Shown one piece after another: positions 49,124-58,980 of a stretch of DNA of 64,000 nucleotides. Source of the stretch: an uncultured Erysipelotrichaceae bacterium (GTDB lineage: Bacteria > Bacillota_I > Bacilli_A > RF39 > UBA660); NCBI GenBank assembly GCA_902764145.1, contig CACWUS010000005.1:4207-68206 (forward strand), read 5' to 3'. Within the stretch, counting starts at the first letter, position 1, and every line of letters starts with the position of its first letter. Made by a program: the position numbers and the translations under genes. Under the pieces are notes generated by a model, which was not told the DNA's origin, made no database searches, and saw nothing but the letters and a program-made list of their open reading frames with translations.

Positions 49124-50052
49124 TAATAATCCCACCTTTGATTAATAGCTTCTTTTTTAGATAAAGTCCAGTCATAATTGTCACTAACTAAATTACTTTT
49201 ACAATATGGACATTTGTTACTATATTTATTATTTAAAGGAGCACCGCAATTAGGACATTTATTATCTTCTATAATTTGTTTTCTAACAAATGTTAATATA
49301 TAAGTCATTTCAACTTTTATATCTTTTTTACCTCTTAGTACAACATCATGTTGATTTATTATATAATCATAAAATTTTGCTTTTAGTAATACTTTAACTG
49401 TGTATTCTTTATTTGTTCTTTGAAAATCAATAATTGATACTTTTTGTCTTTCAAAATCTGTCATAATATTTTTTTCTTTTTTAGCCTTTAATACTTTTAG
49501 TTGTGAATTATACGTGTTATAAAGCTCGTCTGTTAATTGATCTTTTAGTTCATCAAGATTAAATTCTGACCATGCGTTTTGTATTTTAATATATTTATCA
49601 TATACTAAATCATTAAATTCTTTTTCATTGAAATCATTGATTTCTTCTTTGATTTTTAACATAGCTACTAAGTGTTTATCATTATAAATATTTTCATTGA
49701 AAGTTCTATATGAAGCTCTTGTTAGATTACTTTGTTTTTTCACATCTGAAATAATTGCTATGATTATTAATACTACAAATAATTGAAATACAACAATAGC
49801 TACAACTCCTGAAGGAAAACCACTATAACTACTATTACTACTACTGCTATAATCCCAGTCATAATCATCCCAATCTGAGTCCCAGCTACTAGAACCCCAA
49901 TCTGAGTCCCAGCTACTAGAACCCCAGTCAGAATCCCATCCAGAATCATAGTCTACATCCCATCCACTATCTGCATTAACAAATAGAGAACTTAAGAATA
50001 TAAGACCTAATATTGATAAAATTATTATTAAAAAAATTGTGCTTTTTTTCAT
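49123..50052 (-). CDS. Membrane-anchored Tim44-like domain protein with Trp/Asp/Ser repeats and zinc ribbon
   Basis: Signal peptide, DSDWGSSSW repeats, TM, Tim44-like core (KFYDYII...YILTF), CPNCGAP...CPYC. Confidence 0.75.
   Translation of the reverse strand: MKKSTIFLIIILSILGLIFLSSLFVNADSGWDVDYDSGWDSDWGSSSWDSDWGSSSWDSDWDDYDWDYSSSSNSSYSGFPSGVVAIVVFQLFVVLIIIAIISDVKKQSNLTRASYRTFNENIYNDKHLVAMLKIKEEINDFNEKEFNDLVYDKYIKIQNAWSEFNLDELKDQLTDELYNTYNSQLKVLKAKKEKNIMTDFERQKVSIIDFQRTNKEYTVKVLLKAKFYDYIINQHDVVLRGKKDIKVEMTYILTFVRKQIIEDNKCPNCGAPLNNKYSNKCPYCKSNLVSDNYDWTLSKKEAINQRWDY
49869..49922. repeat. In-frame 27 bp tandem repeat (2 exact copies plus a degenerate third to ~49938)
   Basis: CCCAATCTGAGTCCCAGCTACTAGAAC x2; encodes the DSDWGSSSW peptide repeat on the minus strand. 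Confidence 0.9.
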
Positions 50053-50282
50053 GTTTACTCCTATTATATATATATTATAGCACATTGTATTATAAGTTTT
50101 TTAATATTTATATTGCTTATTCACATAATTTTAACATTTCAATGTTAAATTATAGTTAAGAAGAGGATAATAGGTTAATTTATATATATATTTATTTAAT
50201 TTGGTATTAATAAGATTATATTAATATTCCTGCTCATTACATACACTCTATAGGAATTCATTTATATAGTTTTATTTACTAC

Positions 50283-50312
50283 ATGGGCATACATTGTATG
50301 CTCATTTTTTTT
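50283..50312 (+). terminator. Intrinsic terminator 60 nt upstream of carD
   Basis: ATGGGCATAC-att-GTATGCTCAT followed by T run. Confidence 0.65.
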
Positions 50313-50372
50313 GAGAAAAAACTTACGAAAAAAATTTTAAAAGATTATAATTAATATGAAGGGGATGATTGT

Positions 50373-50867
50373 ATGTATGATGTAGGAAGCGCAGTAGTAT
50401 ATAAAAGAGAAGTATGTAAAATTAAAGATATTAAAGAAATAAGAGATAGAAAATATTATGTTATTGTTCCTGTAACTGATGAATCATTAATTATTAATGT
50501 TCCTGTAGATGGAATAACTGGTATTAGAAATATTATTTCTAAAGAAAAGGTCGATGAACTTATTAAAAAAATACCAAGTATAGATATTATTGACTGTGAT
50601 AATGATAAGTTTATTGAATATGAATATAAGAATTTACTGCATGAAATGTCACATGAAGGATTAATTAAAATTATTAAAACCACGTATGTTAGAAATAAAG
50701 AAAGATTAGATAATAATAGAAAAATAGGGGAAAAAGATGATACTTATTTTAAGAAAGCAGAAAAACTTTTATATACGGAGTTTTCTTTGGCATTAGGTAT
50801 GTCTTACGATGAAACTAAGGAATATGTTTTATCAAAAGTTCAGGAAGAAATTAAAAGGAATGATTAA
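50373..50867 (+). CDS. carD: CarD/CdnL family RNA polymerase-interacting protein
   Basis: VGSAVVY...CKI.DIK...YYVI.P...INVP; RKIGEKD..YFKKAEKLLY.E. Confidence 0.88.
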   Translation: MYDVGSAVVYKREVCKIKDIKEIRDRKYYVIVPVTDESLIINVPVDGITGIRNIISKEKVDELIKKIPSIDIIDCDNDKFIEYEYKNLLHEMSHEGLIKIIKTTYVRNKERLDNNRKIGEKDDTYFKKAEKLLYTEFSLALGMSYDETKEYVLSKVQEEIKRND

Positions 50868-52228
50868 TCATTCCTTTTATATTTTAATACTTCTTCTGCA
50901 TCATCTAAATGATATTTTGTTTTACCTATTATTTGATAATTTTCATGTCCTTTACCAAGTACTAGTAAAATATCATTTTTATTTAGCATGTTAACTGCTT
51001 TTTTTATTGCTTCTTTTCTATCTAATTCTATTTCATAATTATTTGTTTTGACACCTTTAACAATGTCATCCATTATTTTTTGTGGATCTTCTGTTCTTGG
51101 ATTATCGCTAGTTAGTATTACATAATCTGATAATTTCGTAGCTATTTCTCCCATTATTGGTCTTTTTTTAGGATCTCTATCTCCACCACAACCAATTATT
51201 GTTATTACTTTATTTTTCTTTAATTCATTATATGCAGTTATAACTTTTTCAACAGCATCTGGAGTATGTGCATAATCTATAATTGCATATGCCCCATTAA
51301 TTTTATATGCTTCACATCTTCCTTTAGGAGCTTTGATTTTATTTGTATTTTTAATTATTTCATCTATACTGTATCCACAATTATTTACTAAGCTTAGCAT
51401 TGTAAGATAATTATATACATTAAATTTGCTAGTTAGTGGAATAATTACATTATAGTTTTTATTTTCAAAACTAAAGTTTAAATTAGTTTCACTTGGTGTT
51501 GTAGAAAAATCTTTTATAGAATAGTCTGCATTATAACCTAAAGTTAAGAATTTATGATTTTCTTTTTTAAACTTAATATAATTATTATCATCTTTGTTAG
51601 TAATTATTATAGCATCATTTGTTAGATGGTCTAAAATCATGAGTTTAGCTTTTAGATAGTTTTCCATTGTCTTATGGTAGTCTAAATGATCTTCTGTTAA
51701 ATTAGTAAATGCTATTAATGAATAATTAATTCCATAAAGTCTATCATATGAAAGTGCTTGACTACTCACTTCCATAACAACTGTTTTGCATCCTGTTTCC
51801 GCTGCATGAACTAACAATTTATAAACAGTTAAAACATCGGGTGTTGTATTATTAAGTTCGATGTATTCATCTTTGTGGTAATAACCAATTGTACCGATAT
51901 ATGCAGCATCTTCACCAAGATTTAATAACATTTGATAAGTTAAATAGCAAGTTGTTGTTTTACCATTTGTACCAGTAACACCTATTAGATTTAATTTATT
52001 TATTATATTTTTATATTCATTATATAGTGTTTCTTTTAAATATTGATTTGAATCATTTACTTTAATATAAGGAACGTTTAATTTTAAATCTTTTTCACCA
52101 ACTATAGTAGTTGCACCATTCTTAATTGCTGCATCTATATAATCATGTCCATCAACAGTTAATCCTTTGATGGCGATAAATGTTTGACCTTTTTCTACTT
52201 TTCTTGAATCACATTCATATTTAAACAT
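50864..52228 (-). CDS. murE: UDP-MurNAc-L-Ala-D-Glu--meso-diaminopimelate ligase
   Basis: DSRKV, VTGTNGKTT, NTTP, MEVSS, DHLDYH, DYAHTPD, GCGGDRD, SDNPR (mDAP signature), GKGHE. Confidence 0.95.
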   Translation of the reverse strand: MFKYECDSRKVEKGQTFIAIKGLTVDGHDYIDAAIKNGATTIVGEKDLKLNVPYIKVNDSNQYLKETLYNEYKNIINKLNLIGVTGTNGKTTTCYLTYQMLLNLGEDAAYIGTIGYYHKDEYIELNNTTPDVLTVYKLLVHAAETGCKTVVMEVSSQALSYDRLYGINYSLIAFTNLTEDHLDYHKTMENYLKAKLMILDHLTNDAIIITNKDDNNYIKFKKENHKFLTLGYNADYSIKDFSTTPSETNLNFSFENKNYNVIIPLTSKFNVYNYLTMLSLVNNCGYSIDEIIKNTNKIKAPKGRCEAYKINGAYAIIDYAHTPDAVEKVITAYNELKKNKVITIIGCGGDRDPKKRPIMGEIATKLSDYVILTSDNPRTEDPQKIMDDIVKGVKTNNYEIELDRKEAIKKAVNMLNKNDILLVLGKGHENYQIIGKTKYHLDDAEEVLKYKRND

Positions 52229-52346
52229 AATTTTTCCTCCATTTAAAATTATATCATTATTTCATTATTTAATATACATTTATAATTCCACAAATATTCC
52301 ACACTTTTAAAAATATATGATATTATTATATTAGGAGAAAATATAT

Positions 52347-55085
52347 ATGTATAAGAAATTATTTAAAATTAATTTTAATAATAAAAAAATATTACTTTTT
52401 TCTAGTGAAGAAAATAGAATAGCTTTTTTAGAAGTTACTAGTGATAATAAATTAAGATATATTACTCTCCAAGAATTTTTTGTTTTAAATAAAATATATA
52501 ATTATAAAGATAGTAGTATTTTATATGATATTAAAAAATTGTTTTTTGATGAAAAATATATTAGTAAAAATGGACTAATAAGTGTATTACTCGCAATTAA
52601 TCTTTTTAATTTAACTATGTTAGCTGCTCCTAGTATTGATAAATATCGAAATGATGTTAATTCTAGTTCATATGAAGAAACTACTAAAACAATGTACTCT
52701 CAAGGATTTACTACTGATTATGAAATTAAAAAGTACTTGTTAAATCAACGTTTTAATAATGAAAATATAAGTAGAGAAGATGTTATTGAAGCAGTTAATT
52801 CTAATGCTAATTTATCTAATCATGATAAAGAAATGGCTATTATGCAATTAGATTCAATGCTTAAATTAGATCCTGAAATGGATTTAAGAATTTACTATGA
52901 AAATTTAAAGACAATAAAAGTTGAATGGGTTTCTCATAAAAATTGGGATTTAAGTAATTCTGCAGTAGGATATTATTTACCAAGAGAAAATATAATTAGA
53001 ATTTTAAAAGGAACTGATAATCATGTTTTGTGTCATGAACTTGCTCATGCAGCTCATACATATTATAGAAATGAAGATGATGAAATTATAGAAGTTTTTG
53101 AAGAGAATTTTCTTACTGAAGCACTTACCGATGAAGCAACATTATATTCATATTATGAAGCTAGTTATGAAATTGAAAATAAAGTATTAAAGTTTTTTAT
53201 TGAAAATGCAAAAGAATTTAATACTTCAGTATATAATCAAAAAGGTATTCAAGCATTATTATTAGAATTAAAAGATTTATATCCAAGTGTTGATATTGAC
53301 TATATTTTTGATATGTTTGAAAATAATAGAATAACAAGATTAAATTTGGGTCAAAATATAGTTTTAGAGGATGAAGAAGAATTGTTAGATGAATTATTTA
53401 AGATTACAATTTTAAATATTGATGAAAATAATTTATTTTCTTCTTTTAATTCATTTGTGAAAATAATAGGTAATAATGATAATTTGTATTCTAAATATAT
53501 GAATAAGTATCTAGATGTTTTAAAAAATAATGGATATTTAAATGATACAGAATTATATAGTATCTCTTCTATTAGTAATTTTATAATTGTGGAAGACAAT
53601 ATATATTTATGTTGTGATAATGAATATTTTTATGATTATGAAGGAAATAAACAAAAGATAGAAAATGAAGATTATGTATTTCCTATTTCTCCTAAAATAA
53701 AATCAATTTTGATTGAGTCAATTTTAAAAAATGAAAATATATATTCAGAGGAATACATTAGTAAGTTTTGTAGTAGTGGTGAAATATTAGAAGGGTTTAA
53801 CTCTAATGAATTTACAAATGTAAGCAAAGAGGATTTAATTAGAATTTTAGATGTTGTTTTTAATATTAAAGTTGATAATGAAAAAGATTATCATTCAATG
53901 CAACAATCATATCTAGATTTTAAAAATTTTTTAACAAATTTTGGACATGAAAGAAAAGACAATGAGTTTTTTACAAATAAAAGGGAAATAGTATCTGAAA
54001 ATAGATATTTCAATATGTATAAAGATGCTTGTGTCGGTAAAGGATATATAACATTGGATAGATTTGATCTTGCAAATGAAATAACATCTTTTGTAAAAAT
54101 AGATGGTAAATTTTATCCGGTGACTAAATTTTTAACTAGTCCTGATTGTACTATTATGGGTGAAGACTCCAATCAAGTTATTAGAATAATTAATTCAGAG
54201 AGATTGATATGTGAAATTATTAATGAAGAAGGAAATAAGGATACAATTGAGCTATATAATGGAGTATTTATTTTTTATAAAATAAATGATGAAGCAAAAA
54301 TGAAACTGGAAAGCTTGTTTGCTAATGATGATGCTTTTGAACTCGATAGTATTATAAATGTGATTAATGAAGAGTCTATTATTACTCAAAGAAAATATGA
54401 AAATATATTTAAATTATCTAATGGAGAATCAATATGTGATAGGTCTTTAGATGATAGTTTTTATATCGAATTTGGTAAAGAAGGAAATAATATAACGTAT
54501 AGAATAAGCAGAAATAACAATAATATTTATTCATCGTGTGAAAATTTTGTTTCTTTGTCATCTAAAATAAAGTTTATTGATTTTCTAAATAGTATAGTTT
54601 TTTATAATGATGATGGTTTAGATAAAATACTAACTCAAGATGTATTGATAAAAACATTAAATGAATTTAGTAACATAATGCCTGAAGTAGAGTTTGTGAG
54701 AAAGAATGGCGAAATAGAATATATGGATCCTTCTACTAATGAACGTGTAAGAAAAATAGCAAATGAGGATAGTATAGAATTTGTTAATCCACCTATGGTA
54801 GTTATAGAAGGAAATGAATATTATGCTAGAAATGTTATGGTGTCACAAGATTATAGTACTAAAACAATTTATATGTATCTTCCTGATGGTAGAAAATATG
54901 AAGTGTTTAAATATGAGAATGAAGATATAGCTGAAGCTATGAATATTTATTTGGATGAATTAATTAATTATTATCATATTGAAAGTGAAAATAATATTTA
55001 TTATTATTCTCCACAGGAATTGATACAATTATTTAAAAATATGGAATGTGAATTATTTTTTGATACTGATGAATATATAAGGTGA
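52347..55085 (+). CDS. Large (912 aa) hypothetical membrane-tethered protein with zincin HExxH motif
   Basis: ~60 aa N-terminal segment, one hydrophobic helix, GYY...CHELAHAAH (53034-53048) and FLTEALTD. Confidence 0.6.
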   Translation: MYKKLFKINFNNKKILLFSSEENRIAFLEVTSDNKLRYITLQEFFVLNKIYNYKDSSILYDIKKLFFDEKYISKNGLISVLLAINLFNLTMLAAPSIDKYRNDVNSSSYEETTKTMYSQGFTTDYEIKKYLLNQRFNNENISREDVIEAVNSNANLSNHDKEMAIMQLDSMLKLDPEMDLRIYYENLKTIKVEWVSHKNWDLSNSAVGYYLPRENIIRILKGTDNHVLCHELAHAAHTYYRNEDDEIIEVFEENFLTEALTDEATLYSYYEASYEIENKVLKFFIENAKEFNTSVYNQKGIQALLLELKDLYPSVDIDYIFDMFENNRITRLNLGQNIVLEDEEELLDELFKITILNIDENNLFSSFNSFVKIIGNNDNLYSKYMNKYLDVLKNNGYLNDTELYSISSISNFIIVEDNIYLCCDNEYFYDYEGNKQKIENEDYVFPISPKIKSILIESILKNENIYSEEYISKFCSSGEILEGFNSNEFTNVSKEDLIRILDVVFNIKVDNEKDYHSMQQSYLDFKNFLTNFGHERKDNEFFTNKREIVSENRYFNMYKDACVGKGYITLDRFDLANEITSFVKIDGKFYPVTKFLTSPDCTIMGEDSNQVIRIINSERLICEIINEEGNKDTIELYNGVFIFYKINDEAKMKLESLFANDDAFELDSIINVINEESIITQRKYENIFKLSNGESICDRSLDDSFYIEFGKEGNNITYRISRNNNNIYSSCENFVSLSSKIKFIDFLNSIVFYNDDGLDKILTQDVLIKTLNEFSNIMPEVEFVRKNGEIEYMDPSTNERVRKIANEDSIEFVNPPMVVIEGNEYYARNVMVSQDYSTKTIYMYLPDGRKYEVFKYENEDIAEAMNIYLDELINYYHIESENNIYYYSPQELIQLFKNMECELFFDTDEYIR

Positions 55086-55138
55086 GACTTGAAGTGATAA
55101 GTAAAATTTGTTAAAATAATCTCGAATTGGAGGGAATT

Positions 55139-55606
55139 ATGAGTAAAAAAGAAAAATTAGCTGCTGCTAAAGAAAAATCTTTAGGTTTGTTTGGTGAATT
55201 TAAGGAATTTGTTAAAAGAGGAAATGTTCTTGACATGGCAGTTGGTGTTGTAATTGGTGGTGCTTTTGGAGCAATAGTTACTTCTTTAGTAAATGATATT
55301 ATTATGCCACTTGTGTCACTTGCAACTGGTGGACTTGATTTTACTAATTGGTTTGTTGCATTAGATGGCAAAACTTATGCTACTATTGAAGAAGCACAAG
55401 CTGCAGGTGCTGCAACATTAAATTATGGTAATTTAATTTCTGTAGTTCTTAATTTCTTAATTGTAGCTTTTTGCATCTTTATGGTTGTTAAAGCTATGAA
55501 TAAGTTTATGAAGAAAAAAGAAGAAGTAAAAGAAGAAGAACCACCTAAGAAACCTGATGATATTGTTTTATTAGAACAAATTAGAGATTTATTAAAAAGA
55601 AAATAA
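55139..55606 (+). CDS. mscL: Large-conductance mechanosensitive channel
   Basis: FKEFVKRGNVLDMAVGVVIGGAFG, NFLIVAF, LLEQIRDLL. Confidence 0.96.
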   Translation: MSKKEKLAAAKEKSLGLFGEFKEFVKRGNVLDMAVGVVIGGAFGAIVTSLVNDIIMPLVSLATGGLDFTNWFVALDGKTYATIEEAQAAGAATLNYGNLISVVLNFLIVAFCIFMVVKAMNKFMKKKEEVKEEEPPKKPDDIVLLEQIRDLLKRK

Positions 55607-55618
55607 CTTATTATTAAG

Positions 55619-56503
55619 TTATTTTTTTGTTATTATTTCTATTAATTTCCTTGTACTAAAATTTGGTATATGATTTTTAGATACTGCAATTCCAATGCTT
55701 CTTGGTGGAATTTTAGGATAAACATTTAATTCGTAAAGAGATTTATTTAAATCATCTTTAATGAATTCTTTTACTAAATAACCAATTCCCATATTAATCT
55801 TTGTAAATTCTTTAACTAAAGTATAGCTTGCTAATTCTATATTTGGTTTAAGTACAACATTATTTTTTTCACAAAAATTATCTAGTATACTTCTTGTATT
55901 AGAATTTTTTGTTTGCAATATTAATGGATAATTATTAAGTTCATCTAATTTTATTTTTTTATTTGCAAGGTCTTTATAGTTTGATCCAACTACAAAAATA
56001 TCACTAACTTTCTTGCATTCAATTATCTTAATATCTTTATCTATATTATTTGGAATATTTAAAATTATTAAATCAATTAAACCATTCCTTAGTTTATTAA
56101 TAAGTTCATTTCCTGCATTAGTTATTATTTGTATATCTATGTTTGGATATAATCTATGAAATGTTTCTAAATATGGTAATAAGAAGTTTTGTGTTAATGT
56201 AACACTTATTCCAATTTTTATTATTCCTGTTTCAAGATTAACTAGTTCTGTGAACTTACTTTCTGCATTATTTATGTATTCTATAGCTTGCCTAATATAG
56301 TTATAGAATTCTTTTCCTTCTTCTGTTAATATTACTCCTCTTTTGGTTCTAGTAAATAATTCTCCACCTAGTAAACTTTCTAACTTTTTAATAGATTTAC
56401 TTATTGCTGGTTGAGAAATATGTAATTCTTCGCTAGCTTTAGTAATATTATTATAATTAGCAACTGTATAAAAAATTCTATATAATTCAAAATCAATATT
56501 CAT
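55619..56503 (-). CDS. LysR family transcriptional regulator (paralogue of 20564-21448)
   Basis: NITKASEELHISQPAISKSIKKLE...LFTR HTH; divergent from the coaE operon. Confidence 0.92.
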   Translation of the reverse strand: MNIDFELYRIFYTVANYNNITKASEELHISQPAISKSIKKLESLLGGELFTRTKRGVILTEEGKEFYNYIRQAIEYINNAESKFTELVNLETGIIKIGISVTLTQNFLLPYLETFHRLYPNIDIQIITNAGNELINKLRNGLIDLIILNIPNNIDKDIKIIECKKVSDIFVVGSNYKDLANKKIKLDELNNYPLILQTKNSNTRSILDNFCEKNNVVLKPNIELASYTLVKEFTKINMGIGYLVKEFIKDDLNKSLYELNVYPKIPPRSIGIAVSKNHIPNFSTRKLIEIITKK

Positions 56504-56589
56504 AATAACCTCCAGTTATGATAAATATATCTAATATGTATTTTTATTATATCTTGTTTTCTTTTATAATACAAGTAGAGGAGAAAAAT

Positions 56590-57144
56590 ATGATAATAGG
56601 TATTTGTGGAAAAAGTGGTAGTGGTAAAAGTACTTTGGCAAGAGAAATATCATATATGCATGATAATGTTATACATATAGATATTGATTTGATTGGACAT
56701 AAAGTATTGGAATTAGATGAGGTTAAACAAGAATTAATTAATTCTTTTGGAGAAGAAGTTATTAATAATGGAAATGTTGATAGAAAAGTATTAAGTGATT
56801 TGGTATTTAATTCTAGAAATAAAATGAATAAATTATCAGATATAACATGGCAACATATGCAAACTATTCTAGATGAATTAATTAATAAAAATAAGGATAG
56901 AATAATTCTTTTAGATTGGATACTTTTGCCAAAAACGAAATATTTTAAGATTTGTGATTTTCGTATATTAATCGATGTTCCATTTGAAATAAGAAAGCAA
57001 AGAATTATATTAAGAGATAATATTTCACAGGATAAAATAGATTTAAGAGAAAGTGCCAGTATTGAATATGATTATAATGATTTTGATTTTGTAATAAATG
57101 ATATAAGTGATGAATTTAAAAGAAAGCTGGTGAAGATAATATGA
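56590..57144 (+). CDS. coaE: Dephospho-CoA kinase
   Basis: IGICGKSGSGKST, DIDLIGH, VDRKVLSDLVF; RBS GAGGAG before ATG 56590. Confidence 0.88.
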   Translation: MIIGICGKSGSGKSTLAREISYMHDNVIHIDIDLIGHKVLELDEVKQELINSFGEEVINNGNVDRKVLSDLVFNSRNKMNKLSDITWQHMQTILDELINKNKDRIILLDWILLPKTKYFKICDFRILIDVPFEIRKQRIILRDNISQDKIDLRESASIEYDYNDFDFVINDISDEFKRKLVKII

Positions 57145-57641
57145 CAAAAGTACTATATCCAGGAAGTTTTGATCCATTAACAAGAGGGCATATGAATATA
57201 ATTGATCAAGCAAGTGATTTGTTTGATGAAGTAGTAATTGCAGTTTTAAAGAATCCTTACAAAAAAGATAGTTTATTTACTGTTGAAGAAAGAATACAAA
57301 TGATTAATGAATTGTATTCAAGAATGAATAATATTAAGGTTATTAGTTCATCTTCTGCAGCTATTGATGTTGCACTATTATATGAATGTAAGGCTATAAT
57401 TAGAGGACTTAGAAGTCTTAGTGATTATGATTATGAAGTCCAGTTACAGCAAATAAATAAAGATATGTCAGATAATAAAATTAACACTATATGTTTATTT
57501 GCAGATAAAGAATATCAATTTATTTCATCTAGTATGGTAAAAGAAGTTATGAGACTTGGGAAAGATATATCTAAGTATGTTGATCCAATTGTTGAAAAAT
57601 CGATGATTCTTAAGAAAAGAGATATTTATGGAAGATTTTGA
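57141..57641 (+). CDS. coaD: Phosphopantetheine adenylyltransferase
   Basis: YPGSFDPLTRGH, IIRGLR..SDYDYE, FISSSMVKEV. Confidence 0.96.
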   Translation: MTKVLYPGSFDPLTRGHMNIIDQASDLFDEVVIAVLKNPYKKDSLFTVEERIQMINELYSRMNNIKVISSSSAAIDVALLYECKAIIRGLRSLSDYDYEVQLQQINKDMSDNKINTICLFADKEYQFISSSMVKEVMRLGKDISKYVDPIVEKSMILKKRDIYGRF

Positions 57642-58368
57642 AATTAAAATATTAGGCAGTGTATCCCCATTTTGTTATAAAAATAAAAATTGTGTTGGAA
57701 TTTTAATTTATCATAATAATCAAAAAATATTGCTTGATTGTGGAAATGGAATTACTAGAAATATGATTTTTCCTAATGATTTAGAGAATTTGAATGTTAT
57801 TATTACTCATTTGCATAAAGATCATTATGGTGATTTAAGTTCTATCAATTATGCTGCTTATGTATATCATAGTTATCATATGTTAAAAAACAAAATAAAA
57901 ATATATATTCCAAGTGTTAATAGTATGCAAGATGATATAAATTATTCAGAGTATTACGAAATTAAAAATGGTGAAATATATATTGGAGATTTAAAAGTAA
58001 CATTTCATGATAACAATTCACATGGCATAGAATCGTATATGATAAAAATAGAAAGTAAAGATAATACAATAGTATATACTTCTGATATAGGAAATACAAA
58101 TTTAGAAGATGTAATTAGATATAGTAATGAAGTAAATTTACTGGTGTGTGAAAGCTCATTATTAACAACTGATAATAGTAAATTAAATACTCATTTGCAT
58201 GCTTATGAAGCAGGAATTATTGCAAGAAAAGCTAAAGTAAAAAAATTAATATTAACACATTTTTGGCCATTAACAGATAAATATAATTATTTAGAGGAGG
58301 CAAAGCGATATTTTGATAATACTACTTTAGCAGAAGAAAATAAAACAATAATTTTAAGGAGAAAATAA
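57628..58368 (+). CDS. Metallo-beta-lactamase-fold phosphodiesterase (RNase Z/YhfI-like)
   Basis: LLDCGNG, THLHKDH, YTSD, CES, THLH, LTHFWP. Confidence 0.88.
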   Translation: MEDFEIKILGSVSPFCYKNKNCVGILIYHNNQKILLDCGNGITRNMIFPNDLENLNVIITHLHKDHYGDLSSINYAAYVYHSYHMLKNKIKIYIPSVNSMQDDINYSEYYEIKNGEIYIGDLKVTFHDNNSHGIESYMIKIESKDNTIVYTSDIGNTNLEDVIRYSNEVNLLVCESSLLTTDNSKLNTHLHAYEAGIIARKAKVKKLILTHFWPLTDKYNYLEEAKRYFDNTTLAEENKTIILRRK

Positions 58369-58371
58369 TAT

Positions 58372-58962
58372 ATGGAATCAAAAGATAGTGAATTGATAAG
58401 CAAATATTTAAATAACTTTAAATACAATGCATTTAGAACAAAAATAATTCTTAAGAAATATGAAGGCTTGATTAAAAAAGAACAACATGTTAATAAAGTT
58501 CGGGCTATTATTATTGATGATGGCAAAATATTAGTATGTAAGTACAGTGATGTTTTTATGTTACCGGGTGGTAAAAAAGAAAATGAAAGTGACATAGAAG
58601 CTCTTAAAAGAGAACTCGCTGAAGAATTAGGCATTATTATTGATGACAATTGTAATTGTTTATGTGAATATAACCAAATATACCCAAACTATTATGACAC
58701 TAAAACAAAATCAATAGTTGAAAGACACAACAGTACAAAATACTATTTAGTTGAAAAAAACAATATTATTGGTTATACTGAAAGAGATTTAACTGATAGC
58801 GAAATTAAAAATAATTTTGAAGCATTTTATATAGGACTAGATGATTTAAAGGATATGCTTACTTGTTATTCATCTTCAAATGAAAAATATGACTTTTTTA
58901 AAGATGAATTATTACATGTACTTAATATTTTATCTTCATCATCAAAATTAATATTAAAATAA
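58372..58962 (+). CDS. Nudix hydrolase
   Basis: PGGKKENESDIEALKRELAEELG Nudix box. Confidence 0.9.
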   Translation: MESKDSELISKYLNNFKYNAFRTKIILKKYEGLIKKEQHVNKVRAIIIDDGKILVCKYSDVFMLPGGKKENESDIEALKRELAEELGIIIDDNCNCLCEYNQIYPNYYDTKTKSIVERHNSTKYYLVEKNNIIGYTERDLTDSEIKNNFEAFYIGLDDLKDMLTCYSSSNEKYDFFKDELLHVLNILSSSSKLILK

Positions 58963-58980
58963 AGAAGTTGAGGTGATTAT

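Noticed and set aside
49869-49938. Short direct repeats as a possible CRISPR array
   Set aside because: Copies are adjacent with no spacers, in frame within a CDS (DSDWGSSSW), and no cas genes are present
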